From an uncultured Gammaproteobacteria bacterium (GTDB lineage Bacteria; Pseudomonadota; Gammaproteobacteria; JAURND01), in assembly GCA_963813895.1 (NCBI GenBank), contig CAWFAS010000002.1:209410-273409 (forward strand): DNA of 64,000 nt, read 5' to 3'. The notes under the pieces are model-generated. The model worked only from the letters and a program-made list of their open reading frames with translations, had not been told where the DNA came from and did no database searches. The translations under genes were made by a program, and so were the position numbers. Positions 58,360 through 64,000 of this stretch are shown one piece after another. Every line of letters starts with the position of its first letter. Position 1 is the stretch's first letter.

Positions 58360-59481
58360 TTAGATTGCCTGCTCCAAATCACTGATAAGATCTTCAGGGT
58401 CTTCAATACCAACTGAAACTCTCACTAAATCTGCAGCAAATTGCCGTTGTTCTGCAATAACCGACGCATGTGACATGACACAAGGCAGGCTAATCAGGCT
58501 TGTTAAACTGCCAAAACTGACCGATTTTACGAATAATTGGGTAGATTGCACCAGATTATGAGATAACTTAGCTGAGGCCGTAGTAAAACTAATCACAGTA
58601 CCACCCCCAGTAGCTTGCCGTTTTTGAATTTCACAGCCTGGATGCGTTGCTAACGTAGGATAATAAACCTGTTTAATTTGCGGATGGTTTTGTAAAAAAA
58701 TGGCTAATTTTTCGGCGGTATTTTGCTGTCGTTCCACACGTAAACCCAACGTTTTCAATCCTTTTAGTAGTAACCAGCATTCAAATGGCGCAAGCGCGCT
58801 GCCTTCGGCGTTCTGTATAAATGCCAGCTGGTCAGCAAGATCAGTATTATTCACTATTATTACACCAGCAGTCACGTCACTGTGTCCAGATAAATGTTTA
58901 GTTGCGGAGTGAATGACAATATCCGCCCCTAGCAACAATGGCTGCTGTAGCCAAGGCGATAAGAAAGTATTATCAACTACCAGTAAAGCCTCATGCTGGT
59001 GCGCTAAATTCGCCAATGCGGCTATATCAGAAATTTTCTGCAACGGATTAGATGGGGTCTCGATCAGAATTAAACGGGTTTCGGGTCGCAAGGCACGGGC
59101 TACAGCTGCGATATCGGTGGTATCGACCAAAGAATGATGCAGACCGCGTTGTGGTAAGCGCTGTGATAATAAGCGATGCGTGCCGCCATATAAATCATCA
59201 CAGGCAATAATATGATCACCACAGGATAATAATCCAGTAACTGCATTAATTGCTGCCATACCGCTGGCAAAGGCAAACCCAAAGTTCCCACTCTCGAGTT
59301 GAGCAACTTGTTGCTCAAGTATGCTGCGTGTAGGGTTACCGCTGCGACTATAGTCATATTTATCTGCACCTTCTATTGATTGCAATGCAAAAGTTGCAGT
59401 TTGATAAAGGGGTGTGCAATTGGGACGATGGGGATCCCCTGGATTGGGATCAAAGTGCACTAACTGTGTCGAGCGCTTCAT
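58360..59481 (-). CDS. PLP transsulfuration enzyme, probably cystathionine beta-lyase
   Basis: YDYSRSGNPTR, SGMAA, ETPSNP, DNTF, HSATKHLSGHSD. Confidence 0.8.
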   Translation of the reverse strand: MKRSTQLVHFDPNPGDPHRPNCTPLYQTATFALQSIEGADKYDYSRSGNPTRSILEQQVAQLESGNFGFAFASGMAAINAVTGLLSCGDHIIACDDLYGGTHRLLSQRLPQRGLHHSLVDTTDIAAVARALRPETRLILIETPSNPLQKISDIAALANLAHQHEALLVVDNTFLSPWLQQPLLLGADIVIHSATKHLSGHSDVTAGVIIVNNTDLADQLAFIQNAEGSALAPFECWLLLKGLKTLGLRVERQQNTAEKLAIFLQNHPQIKQVYYPTLATHPGCEIQKRQATGGGTVISFTTASAKLSHNLVQSTQLFVKSVSFGSLTSLISLPCVMSHASVIAEQRQFAADLVRVSVGIEDPEDLISDLEQAI

Positions 59482-61237
59482 GATGTTTACCTTTAGTTTT
59501 AATATTCAGCAAATTAGCCTGATGACTAAATGACAAATCAAGAAGATCAGCAAATACTGCCTCTGCAGTCGGCCAACGGCCTGCTCCCTTGCCATGCAAA
59601 TGTATGACTTGATCATCCAGTGTTTCAATCAATATTGCATTATTAGCACCAGGAACTCCCGCCAGAGGATGTTCAAAATGCAAGGCAATAGGTCTAATAT
59701 CCGCATGAATCTTGCCGTTATTTAATACACAGCTGGCTACTAGTTTTATATTATTCCCAAGGCTATGCTGCGCACGGAGATTTTTTTCACACACATCCTG
59801 AATTCCTTGCACTGCAATCGTGTCAGGGTCGCGACCAAAGGCGAAACGCGAAATAATGGTCGCTTTTTGGGCTGCATCTAATCCTTCAATGTCAAAGCTG
59901 GGATCAGCTTCAGCAAACCCATGCGATTGCGCAACGCTAATAGCATCAGAAAAAGTTTTTCCTTCTTTAATTTTTTCCAGAACAAAATTACAAGTGCCAT
60001 TCAGTATTCCTGTTACCGATTGAATTGCAACTTGGGGGTTCTGATGTTGAATGGATTTCAGAATTTCCAAAATCGGCACAGCACCCGCAACAGCGGCTGA
60101 ATAATACAGCCGGACATTATTTTCATCAGCTAACTGAGATAGATCTAGACCGTGAGCGGCAATCAAGGCTTTATTGGCAGTGACCACATGACGCTTGTGT
60201 TGCAATGCTAAAGTAATTAACTGTGCTGGTCTTTCAACCCCGCCAATTAACTCGATGACCACATCACATTCTCGCAGCATTATTTCATTCAAATTATCTG
60301 AAACCAATCCAGGAGGCGCATCATGATGCTGATGTTTGGCTATATTTTTTACCACGACACCTACTACATCAAATAATTGTTTATTGGCTGCCAGGTGTTT
60401 ATATACCCCTAAACCGACGGTCCCCAGACCCAGCAGGACCACTTTCAGCCTTCTAGGAGGCTGTTGCACTGAGGTCGCTAGCAACGACGCTTCTTCGCCC
60501 ACTAGGGTTTGATTGATATGGGTTAATGACTTAACAATAAACTGGAAATTTTTATTTTGAGCAAATTTGACTGCCTTATGTTGAATGACTTCATAGGAGG
60601 TTTTTAGACAATCATCAAAAGTAATACACTCAAAACGCTTGGCACCTGGCGCATATTCATTAGGGTCTTGATCAAAAATACCAGCCGTATCTTTATAAAT
60701 AATACATTTTTTGGCATTTAACACCCAACCCGCAAATAAGGCAGTGTAATCAGAACCCCCACGTCCTAATAATGTGACTTCCGAAGTGGCGTCGCAACCA
60801 ATAAAGCCAGGGATAACTAGCACAGAATAATTTTCAAATAGCTGCTGGATTAAAGTAGTATCTAATCCCGCTGGATCAGCATTCAATATCGATCCTTGTG
60901 TTTTTAAACAACGATGATCTAATTTCTTGGCTTTAATTCCGGCACGATCCAACCCGATAGTAAACAAGGAGGCCGCGCTAATTTCTCCAGTTGCTAACAG
61001 CGTTGCATATTCCTGCGGTGGCAAAGTAAGGTTTTCCTCACCCATTAATTTCCGAGTTTCTTTAACTAAATTATCAGTGGTATTACCTATAGCCGAAACG
61101 ACCGCCAATACTTTATAGCCATTGCGTAGATGCTGATAGACTGCATGGATAGCATCTGGGATTGCTTCTACTTTTGATAATACCGAACTACCAAATTTAA
61201 CCACCACCAGATTCTGAATTTTTGCTTGTGGGGTCAT
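59450..61237 (-). CDS. Aspartate kinase-homoserine dehydrogenase fusion without ACT domains
   Basis: VVKFGSSVL, LGRGGSDYTA; GLGTVG, VVTANK, GILNGTCNF, GFAEADP, GKGAG..PTA; 595 aa. Confidence 0.88.
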   Translation of the reverse strand: MTPQAKIQNLVVVKFGSSVLSKVEAIPDAIHAVYQHLRNGYKVLAVVSAIGNTTDNLVKETRKLMGEENLTLPPQEYATLLATGEISAASLFTIGLDRAGIKAKKLDHRCLKTQGSILNADPAGLDTTLIQQLFENYSVLVIPGFIGCDATSEVTLLGRGGSDYTALFAGWVLNAKKCIIYKDTAGIFDQDPNEYAPGAKRFECITFDDCLKTSYEVIQHKAVKFAQNKNFQFIVKSLTHINQTLVGEEASLLATSVQQPPRRLKVVLLGLGTVGLGVYKHLAANKQLFDVVGVVVKNIAKHQHHDAPPGLVSDNLNEIMLRECDVVIELIGGVERPAQLITLALQHKRHVVTANKALIAAHGLDLSQLADENNVRLYYSAAVAGAVPILEILKSIQHQNPQVAIQSVTGILNGTCNFVLEKIKEGKTFSDAISVAQSHGFAEADPSFDIEGLDAAQKATIISRFAFGRDPDTIAVQGIQDVCEKNLRAQHSLGNNIKLVASCVLNNGKIHADIRPIALHFEHPLAGVPGANNAILIETLDDQVIHLHGKGAGRWPTAEAVFADLLDLSFSHQANLLNIKTKGKHHEALDTVSAL

Positions 61238-61240
61238 AAA

Positions 61241-62485
61241 TTAATCTCCGCAATGTAAAAAAGCTTGCTCAAAATCTTTGATAATATCTTCTGGGTTTTC
61301 GAGTCCCACTGATAAACGAATCAAACCATCGCTAATGCCAATAGCACGTCGCTGTTCAACAGGGACCGGGCCATGAGTCATGGAGGCGGGATGGGTGATT
61401 AAAGTTTCTACAGATCCTAGATTTTCAGCCAAAGAACATAAACGCACAGCCTGCATTAATTTAATCGCCTGTTCATAACCCCCTTTGACTTCAAATGTCA
61501 GTAAGCCACCGTCGGCCGCTTGTTGACGCTTAGCTAATTCGTATTGCGGGAAACTATTAAGGCCGGGATAAGTCACCTGCTCTACTTTTGGATGACTATT
61601 GAGATAATTCGCAACCAGCAACGCATTGTGGGAATGTTGCTGCAAACGTATTTGTAGCGTTTTTACACCTTGCAATGTCAACCAGGCATTAAAAGGGGTT
61701 TGAATGGAGCCAACGGCATTTCGCAGGTAAATAAACCTTTCTACCAATGCAGGATCTTTCGCCAATAACGCACCGCCTACTGTGGCATTATGGCCATCAA
61801 TATATTTTGTAGTTGAATATAGAATAATATCTGCACCTAATTTAAAGGGTTGCTGTAGGGCGGCAGTTAAAAAAGTATTGTCTACAGCTAACAGAATTTT
61901 TTTCTCACGTGCCACTTGGGCAATCGCTTGAATATCAGTCAACTTTAGAGTGGGGTTGGCTGGTGTTTCAATAAAAATAAGTTTGGTATTGGCCGTAATG
62001 GCTGATCTGACTTTAGCGGGATCCGCCGTATCGACGAAGCTGGTTGAGACCCCGAATTTGATCAAAACTTCTCGCAGTAGCCGCACCGTACCACCATACA
62101 CAACGTCAGAACATACTATATGATCACCACTTTGCAACAAGGTTAGGCATAAGGCCGTGGTCGCTGCCATTCCTGTGGAAAAACAAACGGCCCTTTCCAC
62201 TTCATCAAGAGCGCCCAGGTTTTTTTCTAATGCCAGCACGGTAGGATTGGCACTGCGGGAATAGGTATAACCTTTATGTACTCCAACAGCCTCTTGAACA
62301 TAAGTAGTCGTTTGAAAAATCGGTGTCAAAATGGCGCCCGTCGTTGGATCGGGAGATATCCCCGCGTGGATACTGCGCGTGCTAAATCCATACTCATCAA
62401 CTGTATCTACAGTCTGGTGGTGGTTATTCTGCTGCTGCAGATCAGGAAGAATTTTTTCTCGGGTTGACATAGCTATCATTCTCAC
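61241..62485 (-). CDS. PLP transsulfuration enzyme, probably cystathionine gamma-synthase (MetB-like)
   Basis: YTYSRSANPT, TGMAA, ETPANP, STTKYIDGHN, HPASMTH; start among 62470/62479/62485. Confidence 0.82.
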   Translation of the reverse strand: MRMIAMSTREKILPDLQQQNNHHQTVDTVDEYGFSTRSIHAGISPDPTTGAILTPIFQTTTYVQEAVGVHKGYTYSRSANPTVLALEKNLGALDEVERAVCFSTGMAATTALCLTLLQSGDHIVCSDVVYGGTVRLLREVLIKFGVSTSFVDTADPAKVRSAITANTKLIFIETPANPTLKLTDIQAIAQVAREKKILLAVDNTFLTAALQQPFKLGADIILYSTTKYIDGHNATVGGALLAKDPALVERFIYLRNAVGSIQTPFNAWLTLQGVKTLQIRLQQHSHNALLVANYLNSHPKVEQVTYPGLNSFPQYELAKRQQAADGGLLTFEVKGGYEQAIKLMQAVRLCSLAENLGSVETLITHPASMTHGPVPVEQRRAIGISDGLIRLSVGLENPEDIIKDFEQAFLHCGD

Positions 62486-62530
62486 TATTTAGTTTTTGGG
62501 CGCAATAAACCACTTGGGGTTCAAGCCCTT
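62485..62530 (-). promoter_or_regulatory. Possible minimal SAM-V/SAM-II-like pseudoknot at the first gene's start
   Basis: GGGC-UUGAAC...UUAUUGC-GCCC-AAAAA-CUAAAUAG. Confidence 0.3.
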
Positions 62531-62562
62531 AAATAAAGTTTATCTGGAAATTTTTTGTTATG

Positions 62563-62626
62563 AAAAAAGCCTGCTTTAACTGGCCCTGATAGGTTTAACT
62601 ACGCAGGCCCAGGATAAAGCAGGCTT
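62563..62626 (-). terminator. Intrinsic terminator (attenuator) in the met operon leader
   Basis: Minus strand AAGCCTGCTTTA...TAAAGCAGGCTT-TTTT: 12-bp perfect stem, inner CTGGGCCTG/CAGGGCCAG stem, U6 tail. Confidence 0.85.
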
Positions 62627-62736
62627 CACATATGCATTAAAGAGGGAAAGAAATTAATAGAATAATGAGGAAAATACTGTGGAGTTTTTTTTGGGAATAT
62701 TTTATAACTACAATTATTTTTTGGACAAGCTTTCAT
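62626..62736 (-). CDS. Putative 36-aa leader peptide MKACPKNNCSYKIFPKKTPQYFPHYSINFFPSLMHM
   Basis: GAGGT SD 8 nt before ATG 62736; the only internal Met codons are 34 and 36; TGA overlaps the first base of the terminator stem. Confidence 0.65.
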   Translation of the reverse strand: MKACPKNNCSYKIFPKKTPQYFPHYSINFFPSLMHM

Positions 62737-62743
62737 AAAGTAA

Positions 62744-62806
62744 TACCTCAACACGCTTTAGCAAAATTTATACAGCGCCTGCAATCTGAAACTCAAATCG
62801 GCGCTA
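62744..62806 (-). ncRNA. SAM-II riboswitch
   Basis: UAGCGCC-GAUUU-GAGUUUCAGA-UUGCA-GGCGCUG-UAUAAAU-UUU-GCUAAA matches the SAM-II pattern (P1, GAUUU, UUGC, AUAAAU, GCUAAA); lies upstream of met genes. Confidence 0.85.
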
Positions 62807-62820
62807 CCACTAATCTGGAA

Positions 62821-62849
62821 ATACTAACACAAATATGCTTGTCATGCAA
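62821..62849 (-). promoter_or_regulatory. Sigma70 promoter of the met leader
   Basis: TTGCAT-N17-TAGTAT with extended -10 TG, about 15 nt upstream of the riboswitch. Confidence 0.7.
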
Positions 62850-62903
62850 CCGAAGTTGTAGTGCAAGGATTTATGCAAGCCATAGTAGAATTATCAACAG
62901 ACC

Positions 62904-64000
62904 TTAGTCGCTCCCACATCTCCCTCCCGGTGCAGGTGCAGGTGGCGGTGTGTTGCCTGGAGCCCGTGTTTTAGGAATCCAGCCGGGGAGTGGTGTCGCA
63001 AGGCGTTCTTTAATTTCCTTAATAGTATTTACTTTCCCAGCATGAACATCCCTAAGATGGGCGGTTAATCTTGGATTTATTTTCTCTTGAGTCTGCGTCA
63101 GTAAAGTCCTTATCGTTGCCCCCTTTTCTGAAGACATAAGGGAAGAAAACCCTGCTGGCCCCACTTTTGCATTAAGGGCGTTTGCACTTGCGAATATTGC
63201 TCTGCTCAGTATTCTGTAATCACCCCTGCCCTTACCATTATCATCAGTCATTTGGAAATTTTTTTTGGCTTGCTTTAAAGTAGGTAAGATTTCGTCTCGA
63301 ATGAATGAGCCAAGTTTCTTATTATTATCTGCATGATTTTCTAGATCTGATATAAGAGATTTGAAGGCTTTTAAATTTTTATCTACTACAACCTTATGCT
63401 CAGATACCTTTCTATGGTAAAAACCTGGGTCTGCTACTTTTAGCATTTCCATCAATGGCTTGATAATATTCTTCTCAGCCTCTTTATCCGTCGACTTTAT
63501 TCCACTCAATTTAAGCGTATTTACGCTGTCACATATTCCGCTTCTAAGTATTGCTGCCGAGGGTTTTTTTACAAAATCTTTTCTCGCTTGTTCTAAAATA
63601 TTCGAAATCGCTACCACGCGTAATGCATATGGGTCTTGCTCCTTACCCTTATTTTCCTGCACTCTTGTTTCAGAATAATTTTGCAGCTTTGATAAAAGGG
63701 AATTGAAGGAGCCTAAAAGCGCCATATCTTGAGTATCTTTCTGTTTTTTTTCTTTTTCAAAAGACCTGCTTATAGTGTTCAAAGTATTTTTCAGCTGATC
63801 CGTTATAAGCCTATTGCCTGAAGGAACTTGATTCGTGCCAGGCAACTTAAAATCAGGAGGAAAGTTTTCAATAGACCCTAAAATTCTGTTAATTCCCTTA
63901 AAAAGTTCCTTAGGATCACCCGTTGCTTTATAACTTTCTTTTGAGGTTTTTAAAACCCCTGAACTCCATTCCATAAATTTAGCATAATTTTCAAACTTCT
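62904..64000 (-). CDS. Hypothetical helical, Lys-rich protein with Pro-rich tail (5' end probably outside the window); candidate effector
   Basis: Frame stays open from 63974 to the window edge; ends PPPAPAPGGRCGSD. Confidence 0.7.
   Translation of the reverse strand, partial: KFENYAKFMEWSSGVLKTSKESYKATGDPKELFKGINRILGSIENFPPDFKLPGTNQVPSGNRLITDQLKNTLNTISRSFEKEKKQKDTQDMALLGSFNSLLSKLQNYSETRVQENKGKEQDPYALRVVAISNILEQARKDFVKKPSAAILRSGICDSVNTLKLSGIKSTDKEAEKNIIKPLMEMLKVADPGFYHRKVSEHKVVVDKNLKAFKSLISDLENHADNNKKLGSFIRDEILPTLKQAKKNFQMTDDNGKGRGDYRILSRAIFASANALNAKVGPAGFSSLMSSEKGATIRTLLTQTQEKINPRLTAHLRDVHAGKVNTIKEIKERLATPLPGWIPKTRAPGNTPPPAPAPGGRCGSD

Noticed and set aside
62665-62907. 80-aa plus-strand ORF
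   Set aside because: Antisense to the promoter, riboswitch and leader, which explain the region better
3897-63678. Many short antisense ORFs nested in long genes
   Set aside because: Shadow frames of well-supported genes, with no RBS or motifs

Overview
AT-rich bacterial chromosome segment. Gene content suggests a Legionellales/Coxiellaceae-like gammaproteobacterium (inferred from long low-complexity Sel1/ankyrin proteins and PmrA-type boxes). Housekeeping genes: end of a liv ABC operon, MFS and CPA2 transporters, tamAB, arfB, cbpAM, lhr, a DEAD-box helicase and a yceI/cytochrome b cluster. These are mixed with candidate host-directed effectors, pseudogenes and many REPs/MITEs. Three things stand out. 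(1) The methionine operon (metB-like, ACT-less AK-HSDH, metC-like, metE, metF) has a composite leader: sigma70 promoter, SAM-II riboswitch, an unannotated 36-aa leader peptide ending Met-His-Met whose stop overlaps an intrinsic terminator, and possibly a second SAM-V-like element. (2) A compact candidate ceramide/sphingolipid locus: FAAL-ACP-oxoamine synthase fusion, 2-hydroxylase, GNAT N-acyltransferase, SDR reductase, DgkA and a convergent PAP2/IPC-synthase-like gene. (3) Unusual mobile DNA: a RAYT-type HUH transposase bounded by perfect 27-bp inverted repeats, and MITEs that share one body but have different transposase-type ends. I saw no rRNA, tRNA or CRISPR array. All family assignments come from motif recognition by eye; no searches were run.
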